Shown piece by piece: positions 29,141 through 38,799 of a stretch of DNA of 64,000 nt (its first letter is position 1; each line of letters starts with the position of its first letter). The translations under genes were made by a program, and so were the position numbers. This stretch comes from an uncultured Alphaproteobacteria bacterium (GTDB lineage Bacteria > Pseudomonadota > Alphaproteobacteria > Micavibrionales > UBA2020). The notes beneath the pieces were generated by a model that saw only the letters and a program-made list of their open reading frames with translations, was not told the origin of the DNA and did not search any database. The stretch spans positions 666,773 to 730,772 of the forward strand of contig CBIHNF010000001.1 in the NCBI GenBank assembly GCA_966211335.1, in the 5' to 3' direction.

Positions 29141-29722
29141 TTATTCCGCTGCGCCTTCCGGCTTCGGCCCGTCTTTTTTCGGGATTTCGCCGATGACGCC
29201 GTCAATCAGCGGTGACTGCAGCGTGTCATCGAAGGGCTTGTCCTTCAGCAGCGCCAGATCATCCACCGCTTCTTTCGCCTCCAGCAGGTTGGTGCCGCCG
29301 CAGGCGCCGCCCACATCATAGGTTTCCGACGGATATTCGTAGAGCGACCAGTCCTCGTAATGCTCGGGCCGGCGCTTGTAGGCGTAGAACAGGTATTTCT
29401 TGCCCTTCTCGTAGGTCGCGCCGGCGCAGGTCCAGACATGCATGTTGCTGAAAATCAAAAAGGTATTGCCGTCATTGGCGCCCTTATAGGCTTTGTCGAT
29501 TTTGATCGTCACTTTGACGGGGATATCATCGTTGCCGTATTCAACGCGCGGCTCGTCCGTCTCGACCGCGGTGATCTGCCCTGTGAAAATCGCATCGGCC
29601 GTCGCATAGCGCGTCGCGAAGGGGGCGGGCATGCAGTAGCAGCGCGTGTTCGGCTTCCGCGCCTCGGCGCCGGTCGCGGTCAGCGTCAGCAGGGCGAGCA
29701 GCATCAGCGTTATGGTGCGCAT
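29141..29722 (-). CDS. secreted protein with TIMP/NTR-like N-terminal pattern (193 aa)
   Basis: Signal peptide MRTITLMLLALLTLTATGAEA. It is followed by CYCMPAP...ADAIFTG...IKIDKAYKG...C...KKYLFYA, which resembles the TIMP CxCxP ... IKMTKMYKG pattern. Confidence 0.55.
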   Translation of the reverse strand: MRTITLMLLALLTLTATGAEARKPNTRCYCMPAPFATRYATADAIFTGQITAVETDEPRVEYGNDDIPVKVTIKIDKAYKGANDGNTFLIFSNMHVWTCAGATYEKGKKYLFYAYKRRPEHYEDWSLYEYPSETYDVGGACGGTNLLEAKEAVDDLALLKDKPFDDTLQSPLIDGVIGEIPKKDGPKPEGAAE

Positions 29723-29748
29723 GGAATTTCATCCTCTTTTGCCCTAGT

Positions 29749-30711
29749 ATGAAGCAGAAGCGGGTTTGGAAAAACAGCAAGATGACAACATTACATAACG
29801 ATTTGGCGGGGATGAGCGCGGCGGCGAAAGGCGCGGTGATTGCGATTGGCAATTTCGACGGCTTGCATCTGGGACACCGCGCGCTGATTGCCAAGGCGCA
29901 GGGGCTTGCGAAGACGCTGGCGGCACCCTCCGGCGTCATGACCTTTGAGCCGCATCCGCGGGAATACTTCCAGAAGAACGCAGCCCCCTTTCGCCTGACG
30001 CTGCTGCCGATGAAGCAGCGGCTGCTCGGGGAAATGGGCGTTGATCATCTTTATGCGCTGGGGTTTGATGCGGCGCTGGCGGGGCTCTCGGGGCAGGAAT
30101 TTATCGACCGGATATTGGTTGAGCAGCTTCAGGTGAAGCATGTCGTGGTGGGGGCGGATTTTGCCTTCGGGCGCGACCGCTCGGGCACTATCGATACCTT
30201 GAAGGCGTCGGGGAAATTCGGTGTAACGGTTGTGGAACCGGTGCTTTGCCCAGATGGCACGGCCTATTCATCCAGCCGCATCCGCGATCACCTCTCCCGC
30301 GCCGAGTTTGATGCCGCCAATGCCCTCCTCGGCTGGAACTGGCAGATGGAGGCGCCGGTGGTGCACGGCGACAAGCGCGGCCGCGAGCTCGGATATCCCA
30401 CCGCAAATCAAATTACCACCCGCTATATCCCTATTCCCTATGGCATTTACGCCGTCGAGGTTTTAATTGAGAACGAGTCGCACACTCGACGCGGCGTCGC
30501 CAACTTCGGCATCCGCCCCATGTTCCGCATCGAACAACCCCTCTTCGAAACCTTTATCTTCGATTTCTCCGCTGAAATTTATGACAAAGTCATGCGCGTC
30601 AGGCCGTTGAAATTCTTAAGGCCTGAAGCCGCTTTCAGCGGCATCGAGGCGCTCAAAGACCAGATGAAACAGGATTGCCTTGCCGCCCGTGCTATGGTCA
30701 AATCCAGCTGA
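29749..30711 (+). CDS. ribF: bifunctional riboflavin kinase / FAD synthetase
   Basis: IAIGNFDGLHLGHRAL and C-terminal kinase motifs (GYPTAN...PYGIYAV). Confidence 0.9.
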   Translation: MKQKRVWKNSKMTTLHNDLAGMSAAAKGAVIAIGNFDGLHLGHRALIAKAQGLAKTLAAPSGVMTFEPHPREYFQKNAAPFRLTLLPMKQRLLGEMGVDHLYALGFDAALAGLSGQEFIDRILVEQLQVKHVVVGADFAFGRDRSGTIDTLKASGKFGVTVVEPVLCPDGTAYSSSRIRDHLSRAEFDAANALLGWNWQMEAPVVHGDKRGRELGYPTANQITTRYIPIPYGIYAVEVLIENESHTRRGVANFGIRPMFRIEQPLFETFIFDFSAEIYDKVMRVRPLKFLRPEAAFSGIEALKDQMKQDCLAARAMVKSS

Positions 30712-30747
30712 TTATCGCAACATTTTCGAAAGCGCGCCGGCCAGTCC

Positions 30748-31332
30748 ATGTCCAATCCGAAAAAACTCAAACCGGGCCGTTTTTTCGCCCTCGCGCTGTT
30801 CTTCATCGGCATCATCATCGCGGTCGACCAGTACACCAAGTGGCTGGTCATGGAGACGATGCTGCGGTCGGTGCCGAAATCGATCTCCTTCCGCGACTGG
30901 TTCTTAACACGCCAGCCGCTGCCTGAATTCGCCGACCTGCAGGAAAGCTTCAAGACGGAATCGCTGACTTCCTGGCTGGATTTTGTCATGGTCTGGAACC
31001 GCGGCGTCAGCTTCGGCCTGTTTGACAGCGGCTCCACCATGATGGTCACGATGTTCATCGCCTTTTCGCTGTTCGTCTCCATGGGCCTCTTCATCTGGAT
31101 GAGCTTTGCGGGCACAAGGCTTTTGTCCGCCGCGCTGCCCCTCATCATCGGCGGCGCCCTTGCCAACGCGATTGACCGTTTCCGCTTCGGCGCGGTTGCA
31201 GATTTCATCGACGTCCATGTCGGGGCGCATCACTGGCCGGCGTTCAACGTTGCCGACAGCGCGATCTGCCTTGGCGCGGCGCTGCTCGTCATCGATACGC
31301 TGATGAGCGCCGGTAAAACAAAAAAAGCTTAA
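30748..31332 (+). CDS. lspA: signal peptidase II
   Basis: VDQYTKWLV, NRGVSFG and FNVADSAICLG motifs. Confidence 0.9.
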   Translation: MSNPKKLKPGRFFALALFFIGIIIAVDQYTKWLVMETMLRSVPKSISFRDWFLTRQPLPEFADLQESFKTESLTSWLDFVMVWNRGVSFGLFDSGSTMMVTMFIAFSLFVSMGLFIWMSFAGTRLLSAALPLIIGGALANAIDRFRFGAVADFIDVHVGAHHWPAFNVADSAICLGAALLVIDTLMSAGKTKKA

Positions 31333-31352
31333 AAAATAGAAGGTGCCTTGAA

Positions 31353-31907
31353 ATGACCAGAAATTTGAAACCGTTGATGTTCGGCCTCGCGCTTGCGCTG
31401 ATGCTGCCGGGCTGCTCCAGCGTGAAAAAAGAACTCGGTGTCGGCCGCCAGTCGCCGGATGAATTCATGGTCGTGAAACGCGCGCCGCTGACCCTCCCGC
31501 CCGATTACGCGCTCCGCCCGCCCTCAACAGATTCCGCGCCGCCGGCATCCGAAGCCGCCAACCAGGCGAAGACCGCGCTGCTCGGCACCAGCGGCTCTTC
31601 GGCCGATAAAGGCACGGCGGAAGACGCGCTGCTCGGCAAAATGGGCGCCCAGAACCCGACGCCCGATATCCGCGATACCATCAACCGCGAGAACGGCTAT
31701 ATCGCGCTCAAAAACCGCACCCTCGTCGACAAGCTGGTTTTCTGGAACGATACACCACCGTCCGATGAAAAAACGCCTGCCTCCCTCGTCAATGCCCAGC
31801 AGGAAGCAGAGCGCCTGAAGAAGAACCAGGAAGAAGGCAAGCCCGCCAATGCCGGCGACGTGCCGGTCATCGAGAAAAAGCAGAGCACTTTCGAGAAAAT
31901 TTTCTAA
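31353..31907 (+). CDS. DUF3035-like lipoprotein
   Basis: Lipobox MLPGC followed by PDEFMVVKRAPLTLPPDYALRPP. Confidence 0.68.
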   Translation: MTRNLKPLMFGLALALMLPGCSSVKKELGVGRQSPDEFMVVKRAPLTLPPDYALRPPSTDSAPPASEAANQAKTALLGTSGSSADKGTAEDALLGKMGAQNPTPDIRDTINRENGYIALKNRTLVDKLVFWNDTPPSDEKTPASLVNAQQEAERLKKNQEEGKPANAGDVPVIEKKQSTFEKIF

Positions 31908-32818
31908 GCTAGACGACTGTCGAGCAGCGCCGCATCCGGCATTTCCAGCACTGTATCCGCTACGATCTGGTGGCGGAACCAGGTTACCTGCCGCTTCGCG
32001 TACTGCCGCGTCGCGTTTTGCGACAATGTGATGGCCTCTGTCAGTGTGATATTGCCGTCAAGGTGTGATGCAAGCTCCGCATAGCCGAGCGCCTTGACCA
32101 GCGGCATCTCAGGCCTTGCCGTTTCTTTAAATTTTCGCACTTCCTCAAGCGCGCCCGCCGCCAGCATCTGGCTGAAGCGGGAGTCGCATTGTGCGTACAG
32201 CTTCGCGCGCGGCGGCACAAGGGTCGCGACGATAAATTGCAAATGCGCGGGCGGTGGTTCCGGCGGCAGCGACTGCCAGTAGGCAAGGCTCTTGCCCGTT
32301 GCCTCCAGCACCTCATAGGCGCGCACGATGCGCTGCGGATTGTCGCGATCAATTTTGGCGGCGGTCTCAGGGTCTTTGCTGGCGAATTCAGCATAGAAGG
32401 CGGGAGTGCCCATCTCCCGCGCCCGCGCGATCAGCACCGCGCGAATATCATCCGGCACGGATGGAATAGGGCTCAACCCCTTCAGCAGTGCCTTCAGGTA
32501 AAAACCGGTACCGCCGACGACAATAGGCAGCTTCCCTGCCGCGATGACGTTTTCAATTTCCGCCAGCGCAAGCCGCGCGTAGCGGGCGGCGCTGCAGATA
32601 TCGGCCGGCGGCAGGATGCCGTAAAGCGCATGCGGCACTGCGGCTTTATCGGCGCTCGTTGGTTGCGCCGTTAAAATACCAAGACCGTCATAGAGCTGCA
32701 TGGAATCGGCATTGATGATGACGCCGTTATATTTTTGCGCCGCAGACAAGGCGAGGCCCGACTTGCCACTGGCAGTCGGGCCTCCGATAACAAGTACCTT
32801 GTGTTTAACGTCCGTCAC
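31904..32818 (-). CDS. miaA: tRNA dimethylallyltransferase
   Basis: P-loop GGPTASGKS and the NADSMQLY motif. Confidence 0.9.
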   Translation of the reverse strand: MTDVKHKVLVIGGPTASGKSGLALSAAQKYNGVIINADSMQLYDGLGILTAQPTSADKAAVPHALYGILPPADICSAARYARLALAEIENVIAAGKLPIVVGGTGFYLKALLKGLSPIPSVPDDIRAVLIARAREMGTPAFYAEFASKDPETAAKIDRDNPQRIVRAYEVLEATGKSLAYWQSLPPEPPPAHLQFIVATLVPPRAKLYAQCDSRFSQMLAAGALEEVRKFKETARPEMPLVKALGYAELASHLDGNITLTEAITLSQNATRQYAKRQVTWFRHQIVADTVLEMPDAALLDSRLA

Positions 32819-34308
32819 TTCGCTTTCGGGAACTTCAAGGCGACGAAGCGAAGGTCGTTTTTGCGGCCGAGGAAGAGGAGCACGGAGGAGTTGCCGGCCT
32901 TTTTGCCTGCTTCCACTTTCGCGACCACATCCGCTTCCGTCGCCACATCCTTCTGGTCGACCGAGGCGATAACGTCGCCTTCCGCCAGACCCTTTTCAGC
33001 GGCGGGGCTGTTCGGCGCGACCTTGGTGATAAGGACGCCGTTCAGCGTTTTGTTGAGGCCATATTGCTCGCGCGCCTTGTCGGTCAGCGGCGCAAGCGTC
33101 AGGCCAAGGCCCGGCACTTCCGTGCCCTTGGTTTCGACCGGCTTGTCTTTCTTGGCATCATCCGGCTTGTCGGAAAGCTCGCCGCTTTCCTCCGCCGTTT
33201 CCAGCTGCCCGAGCGTGACCGGAATCGTCAGCGTCGTGCCCTTACGGTAGAGGATGACGGGCGCGGATTTTCCGACTTCCGTTTCCGCAACAAGGCGCGG
33301 CAGGTTTTTCATGTGGCTGATGTCATGCGCGTTGAAGGACAAAATCACGTCGCCCGGCAGGATGCCCGCTTTTTCGGCAGGGCCACCCGGCGTCGAGGAG
33401 GAGACAAGCGCGCCGCGCGCCTTGCCCATGCCAAGGCTTTCGGCGATCTCGGGCGTCACTTCCTGGATGCGGACACCCAGCCAGCCGCGCTTCGTCTTGC
33501 CGTATTTCACCAGCTGGTCGACGACGCCCTTGACGATATTGGAGGGGATCGCAAAGCCGATACCGACGGAGCCGCCGGAGGGGGAGAAGATGGCGGTGTT
33601 GATGCCAACGACTTCGCCCTTCATGTTGAACATGGGGCCGCCGGAGTTGCCGCGGTTGATGGAGGCATCGGTCTGGATAAAGTCGTCATAGGGTCCTGCG
33701 TTGATATCGCGCTGACGGGCGGAGACGATACCGGCCGTGACGGTGCCGCCAAGGCCGAAGGGGTTGCCGATCGCGAGGATCCAGGAGCCAACTTTCGCGG
33801 TGTCGCTGTCGCCCCATTTGGTGGAGACGAGGTCTTTGCCGTCTGTCTTCACTTTCAGCACGGCGATGTCGGTTTTTTCGTCGGTGCCGACAAGCGTTGC
33901 ATCCAGCGTTTCATCATTGTGCAGGATGACTTTAATTTCATCCGCGTCTTTAATGACGTGGTTGTTGGTGACGATCAGGCCCTGCGCCGCATCGACAATA
34001 AAGCCGGAGCCGAGGGCGGAAACTTTTTCATCGCCCTGGGGTGCTTGGTTTTTATACTGGTCGTAGAAATCCTTGAAGAACTGCTCAAACGGCGATCCGG
34101 GCGGCAGGTCGGGCATTGGCGGCAGCTGTTCCTTTTGCGCCTGCGGCACCTTCGCGGTGGTCGAGACGTTGACGACGGTCGGCAGCAGTGCTTCCGCCAA
34201 ATCTTCGAAACCATCCGGCGAGGCGGCGGGGGCGGGCGCGGCCTGCATCATCCAGCCGGCGACGGCGAGCGCCGACAGCAGCGGGAAACGGGAGAGAGCT
34301 TGTATCAT
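32815..34308 (-). CDS. Do/DegP/DegQ-family periplasmic serine endoprotease
   Basis: Signal peptide, the catalytic TNNHV...D...GNSGGPMF triad context, and two PDZ-like regions. Confidence 0.9.
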   Translation of the reverse strand: MIQALSRFPLLSALAVAGWMMQAAPAPAASPDGFEDLAEALLPTVVNVSTTAKVPQAQKEQLPPMPDLPPGSPFEQFFKDFYDQYKNQAPQGDEKVSALGSGFIVDAAQGLIVTNNHVIKDADEIKVILHNDETLDATLVGTDEKTDIAVLKVKTDGKDLVSTKWGDSDTAKVGSWILAIGNPFGLGGTVTAGIVSARQRDINAGPYDDFIQTDASINRGNSGGPMFNMKGEVVGINTAIFSPSGGSVGIGFAIPSNIVKGVVDQLVKYGKTKRGWLGVRIQEVTPEIAESLGMGKARGALVSSSTPGGPAEKAGILPGDVILSFNAHDISHMKNLPRLVAETEVGKSAPVILYRKGTTLTIPVTLGQLETAEESGELSDKPDDAKKDKPVETKGTEVPGLGLTLAPLTDKAREQYGLNKTLNGVLITKVAPNSPAAEKGLAEGDVIASVDQKDVATEADVVAKVEAGKKAGNSSVLLFLGRKNDLRFVALKFPKAK

Positions 34309-34449
34309 GTTAGAAATCCTCCATTAAGGCTTCTTTTTAAGGTTTATTATTATAGGTATGCCTGCCGGCTTTGGTGGTCAACGTGTCAGCCGCTGTCTTG
34401 CAAAAATTTAATGGCGGTTTAAAGGCCAGTTAATTTCGGCAGGGTTTGA

Positions 34450-35337
34450 TTATTTCTTGCCGTTTTCGTCCTTGAAGAAGCGGAAGAAATCGCCGTCCGG
34501 CGACAGCATGAACGTGGTATTCTCGCCGGGCAGGGCGTTGCGGTAGGCCTCCATCGAGCGGTAGAAGGCATAGAATTCCGGGTCCTGCTTGAAGGCTTCG
34601 GCGTAAATGCGCGTTGCCTCCGCATCCCCTTCACCGCGCAGAATCTGCGCCTGCTTTTCAGCTTCGGCCAGCAACACAGTGCGCTGGCGGTCGGCATCTG
34701 CTTTTGTCGTCTGCGCGCTCTTGTCACCCTCGGCGCGGTAGCCGGAGGCTTCCTGCTGGCGGCTTGACTGCATGCGGGCGTAAATGGACTGGCTCGTCTG
34801 CGACGGCAGGTCGGCCCTGCCAATGCGCACGTCAACGATTTCAATGCCGTTGTCTTTCACGGCAAGGCTCGCCTGATCGCGGATTTTATGCATGATGTCG
34901 GCGCGCTGTGTGGAGAGGACGCCGATGTCCTTGCCCTCGACGCGCAGTGGCACGTTGCCGAGCACTTCACGCGTCACGGAGTTGATGATGTTGTTGAGGC
35001 GGGCGGACGCAACGTCGATGTCGACCATCGTGTTATTGAACTGCAGCATGTTGGTGATGCGGTAGCGGGCGAAGGTATCGACCACCAAACGCTTCTGGTC
35101 GGAAAGGATGACTTCTTCCGGCAGGGGGTCGACGCTCAAGGTCTTGCGCGGGAAAATTTTGACCTGCTGGATAAAGGGCGTCTTGAACTTCAGGCCCGGC
35201 TCCGTGTGCTGCTCGACCGGACGGCCGAACTGCAGCACCATGGCCTGCTCGCCTTGGGTCACGATGAAGGCCGACTGCATGATGAAGATGGCGCCGAGGA
35301 GGAGGCTGAACAGAAGGAAGCTATGTGATTTTTGCAT
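34450..35337 (-). CDS. hflC: protease modulator HflC
   Basis: SPFH/band-7 domain with an N-terminal TM. It follows hflK. Confidence 0.88.
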   Translation of the reverse strand: MQKSHSFLLFSLLLGAIFIMQSAFIVTQGEQAMVLQFGRPVEQHTEPGLKFKTPFIQQVKIFPRKTLSVDPLPEEVILSDQKRLVVDTFARYRITNMLQFNNTMVDIDVASARLNNIINSVTREVLGNVPLRVEGKDIGVLSTQRADIMHKIRDQASLAVKDNGIEIVDVRIGRADLPSQTSQSIYARMQSSRQQEASGYRAEGDKSAQTTKADADRQRTVLLAEAEKQAQILRGEGDAEATRIYAEAFKQDPEFYAFYRSMEAYRNALPGENTTFMLSPDGDFFRFFKDENGKK

Positions 35338-35354
35338 GGCGTTTTAAATCCTTC

Positions 35355-36560
35355 TTATTGCGCGTCGGCGGGGGCGGGCGGGGGCGGCGTCAGCTTCGCG
35401 TTGCCCTTCGTGTCCAGCTGCAGGTAGGGCAGCACGGGCGCGCCGCGGTCGTCCCCAATGATGATCTTGCGGGAGTTCTTCAAAATTTCCTGCATGGTGT
35501 CGAGGTAGATGCGTTTTTGCGTGATGTCCTTTGCCTGCGCATAGGCTTCATAGACGGAATTGAAGCGGGCGGCATCACCCTGCGCCTTGGCGACGGTGGC
35601 AGCTTTATATGCTTCGGCTTCCGCCAGTACGGCGGCAGCCTTACCCTGCGCAACGGGGACGATGTTGTTGCGATAGGCTTCCGCCTCGTTCTTCTTGCGC
35701 TCCTGCTCCGTGCGTGCGCGCTGCACGTCGTTGAAGGCATCCACAACGGGCTGCGGCGGATCAACCGAGAGCAGCTGGACGCGGATGATGGCAACGCCGG
35801 AGTTATAATCGTCGAGGACCTTCTGCATCAGGTCGCGCGTGCTGGTTTCAATCTCGCCGCGGCCTTCTGTCAGCGCGTCCTGAATTTTCGTATGGCCGAT
35901 GACTTCGCGCATGGCGCTTTCAGCGACTTTTTTCACCGTGTCGTCGGGGTTCTGGATTTCGTACTTGTATTTGCCAATATCGCTGACGTGCCAGAAGATG
36001 GAGAAGTGGATGTTGACGATGTTTTCATCGCTGGTCAGCATCACAGATTCAACCGGGTTGTCATTTGTGCCGTCGCCCGAAAAGCCGATGTTGATCTGCC
36101 GGTTGCTGGCGACCGCTTCGGTTTCCGATTCTTGAATCGGCCAGGGCAGGTGGTAGCCAAGGCCGGTATCTTTCTTCACATCCGTCAGCTTGCCGAAGGT
36201 AAGGATGACGGCATTCTCGCCGGGCTGCACGGTGTAGAAACCTGTTGCCGTCCACAATAAGAAGATAACGCAGAACAGAATGCCGATCGCCTTGCCGCCG
36301 TCCATAGACGGTTGCGGGCGGCCGCCGGTAAAGCGGTTTTTGAATTTGTCCTGCGCGTGGCGCAGCATGTCGTCGAGGTCGGGCGGTTCGTTGTTGCGGT
36401 TGCCGCGCGGTCGGTCGCCCCAGGGATTCTTGTCGCCGCCGTTGTTTCCGCCACCGTTGGAGGGCGGGGGCGTATCGCCGCCGCCACGGCTTCCCCACGG
36501 GCCCTGATTGGGCAGCAGGATCATGCCGGGTTCGGGAAGGTTTTGCGGCTTTTTGGACAT
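35355..36560 (-). CDS. hflK: protease modulator HflK
   Basis: Gly/Pro-rich N-terminus, a TM and an SPFH domain. It lies upstream of hflC. Confidence 0.88.
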   Translation of the reverse strand: MSKKPQNLPEPGMILLPNQGPWGSRGGGDTPPPSNGGGNNGGDKNPWGDRPRGNRNNEPPDLDDMLRHAQDKFKNRFTGGRPQPSMDGGKAIGILFCVIFLLWTATGFYTVQPGENAVILTFGKLTDVKKDTGLGYHLPWPIQESETEAVASNRQINIGFSGDGTNDNPVESVMLTSDENIVNIHFSIFWHVSDIGKYKYEIQNPDDTVKKVAESAMREVIGHTKIQDALTEGRGEIETSTRDLMQKVLDDYNSGVAIIRVQLLSVDPPQPVVDAFNDVQRARTEQERKKNEAEAYRNNIVPVAQGKAAAVLAEAEAYKAATVAKAQGDAARFNSVYEAYAQAKDITQKRIYLDTMQEILKNSRKIIIGDDRGAPVLPYLQLDTKGNAKLTPPPPAPADAQ

Positions 36561-36671
36561 AGATTGAATTCCTTGTTATGTCACCTGATAGGCGGTATAA
36601 ACGCGCGTGAATTAATATACCCCAGCATGGTAAAAATATGCTGAAAGAATGAGAAGAAAAGACCCCTGATT

Positions 36672-37775
36672 ATGTCCTCTGTCACCAAAGAAATGGTCTT
36701 GCAGGCGCTCTCCGCGGTTACGGACTCTGACAAAGGCCGCGATATCGTCACCCTTGGCATGGTTCAGGAAATTGCCGTGCAGGGAAAAACCGTTTCCTTC
36801 GCGATCGAGGTTGACCCCAAACGCGGCGCGGCGCTCGAGCCCCTGCGGCAGGCGGCGCAGGCGGCGGTCGAAAAAATTCAAGGCGTTGAAACCGTCATGG
36901 CCGTGCTGACGGCGGAGCGCGCGGCGCCGCCTGTGATGCAGACGCGCAGCGCGCCTGCGGTGACGCACAAAATTTCCTCAAAACCTGTCGCGCCGGATGT
37001 GAAATACATTATCGCCGTCGCCTCCGGCAAAGGCGGCGTCGGCAAATCGACGGTTGCGGCCAACCTTGCCCTTGCGCTGCATGCGCTCGGCAAAAAGACG
37101 GGCCTGCTGGATGCCGATATTTACGGCTCGTCCCAGCCGCTCATGATGGGCAAGCGGGAACGGCCGGAAACGAATGCGGACGAAATGATTTTGCCGCTCT
37201 TCGCCCATGGCATCAAATTCATGTCGATGGGCTTTTTCGTGGAGCCCGACGCCCCCGTCATCTGGCGCGGGCCCATGGTGCATAGCGCCGTGCAACAATT
37301 GCTGCGCGATGTGTTATGGGGCGCGCTGGATGTGCTGGTGGTGGACCTGCCGCCCGGCACCGGCGATGTGCAGTTGAGCATGGCGCAATATGTACCCATG
37401 GCCGGCGCGGTGATCGTTTCGACACCGCAGGACATGGCACTCAATGAAGCCAAAAAAGGCCTCAAGATGTTCGAAAAGACGGGCGTGCCGGTATTGGGGC
37501 TTGTCGAGAATATGAGCTACCACATCTGTAGCCACTGCGGCACCCGCGAAGATATTTTCGGCCATGGCGGCGTCGCCACGGCTGCGAAGGCGCTGAATGT
37601 GGAGTTTCTGGGTGAAATTCCGTTGCAGAGCATCATCCGCGAACGCGCCGATAAAGGCCTGCCGATTGTGGCGGCGGAACCCGCGCATGCCGTTTCGCAG
37701 GCCTTCAAAAATCTCGCCGCCCGCGTCTGGATGAAACTGCCGGAACAAAAACCGGCGCAGAAGTTGAAGGCTTAG
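36672..37775 (+). CDS. apbC: Mrp/NBP35-family Fe-S cluster carrier ATPase (ApbC)
   Basis: N-terminal DUF59-like region, deviant Walker A ASGKGGVGKST, and a CSHCG motif. Confidence 0.88.
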   Translation: MSSVTKEMVLQALSAVTDSDKGRDIVTLGMVQEIAVQGKTVSFAIEVDPKRGAALEPLRQAAQAAVEKIQGVETVMAVLTAERAAPPVMQTRSAPAVTHKISSKPVAPDVKYIIAVASGKGGVGKSTVAANLALALHALGKKTGLLDADIYGSSQPLMMGKRERPETNADEMILPLFAHGIKFMSMGFFVEPDAPVIWRGPMVHSAVQQLLRDVLWGALDVLVVDLPPGTGDVQLSMAQYVPMAGAVIVSTPQDMALNEAKKGLKMFEKTGVPVLGLVENMSYHICSHCGTREDIFGHGGVATAAKALNVEFLGEIPLQSIIRERADKGLPIVAAEPAHAVSQAFKNLAARVWMKLPEQKPAQKLKA

Positions 37776-38671
37776 GCCTGCGGCCCCGTGCCCGGCTTTT
37801 TCGGCTTCGGCGGTTCGGGGAGTTTTTCGATGATGAGGTCGGGGAAGGGCTTTAGCTCCACCTTGCCATCCGCCTGCAGGTTGAGGCGCGGGTTATAGCC
37901 GAGCGCTTCGGAAATTTCGTTATAGGCTTTGACTGCGCGTTTCACGAGGCTGCGGTCGCCGCCTTGCGCGACAGCAGCGATTTCAGCGCCGAATTCTTCA
38001 TGTTCCTCGGCGCTCGGGCCTTCCGGCGCATCGATATCGTCTTCCGCCATGAAGTGCTGCAGCATTTTCATGTCGGCGGTGGCAAAGGCGATAAAGACGC
38101 GGGCTGAATCGCGCTCGAAGCTTTGCAGCATCGCCATGCGACGGGCAGGGTCTTCCTCGTCATCCGCCATGCGCAGCTCGTCGACAATGCCGACGGCGCC
38201 GGGGGAAAGTTCCTGGTACATATCGTCAAAATTCTGCGCATCGAGGCAGAGGGCGGCGACCGTCAGGTCGTCAACTTCATTGTCCTTCAGCTTGCCGCGG
38301 AAGGCTTCCTCGATGAAGCCGGCAGCAATCACGCTGTCCATATCGAGGTTGGAGAGGTCTTCAAGCGCGTTGCGCACGGCTTTCCGGCGCGGCAGCATGC
38401 CACGGGCGGCTTCAAAGACATGTTCCTGATCGTTGAGACGTTCTTTCTCATCTTCCCATTCATCGTCATCGTCGCGCTCTTCGGGGAAGGGCAGGGCTTC
38501 AAGGTCTTTGGGGTCGAATTTCGCGGGCTCTGCCTGCGGCTTGGGCGCGGGTTTCTGCTCCGCCTTCTTTGCGGGTTCGGACGCAGCGGGTTTTTCCTCC
38601 GGCTCCCCGAAGGAGAAGGATTGGAATTCTTTGCGCAGCGAAAATTTATCCGAGGGTTTGTCGTCCGGCAT
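37772..38671 (-). CDS. acidic hypothetical protein (299 aa), paralog of 46354..47223
   Basis: Shares a collinear central region and a C-terminal ...ELxx...KKPGxxP Pro/Lys tail with the 289-aa protein. Confidence 0.55.
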   Translation of the reverse strand: MPDDKPSDKFSLRKEFQSFSFGEPEEKPAASEPAKKAEQKPAPKPQAEPAKFDPKDLEALPFPEERDDDDEWEDEKERLNDQEHVFEAARGMLPRRKAVRNALEDLSNLDMDSVIAAGFIEEAFRGKLKDNEVDDLTVAALCLDAQNFDDMYQELSPGAVGIVDELRMADDEEDPARRMAMLQSFERDSARVFIAFATADMKMLQHFMAEDDIDAPEGPSAEEHEEFGAEIAAVAQGGDRSLVKRAVKAYNEISEALGYNPRLNLQADGKVELKPFPDLIIEKLPEPPKPKKPGTGPQA

Positions 38672-38799
38672 TCTGAAACTTCCCTAAAACAGAAGGCTAA
38701 CTTTTAAGAATCAACCGCGGCGACGGTTAATCAAATCCACGGGCACAATATCATAAACATTATGGCAATGGAAGCAAAACAAGCGCCGGATAAAGCTTG

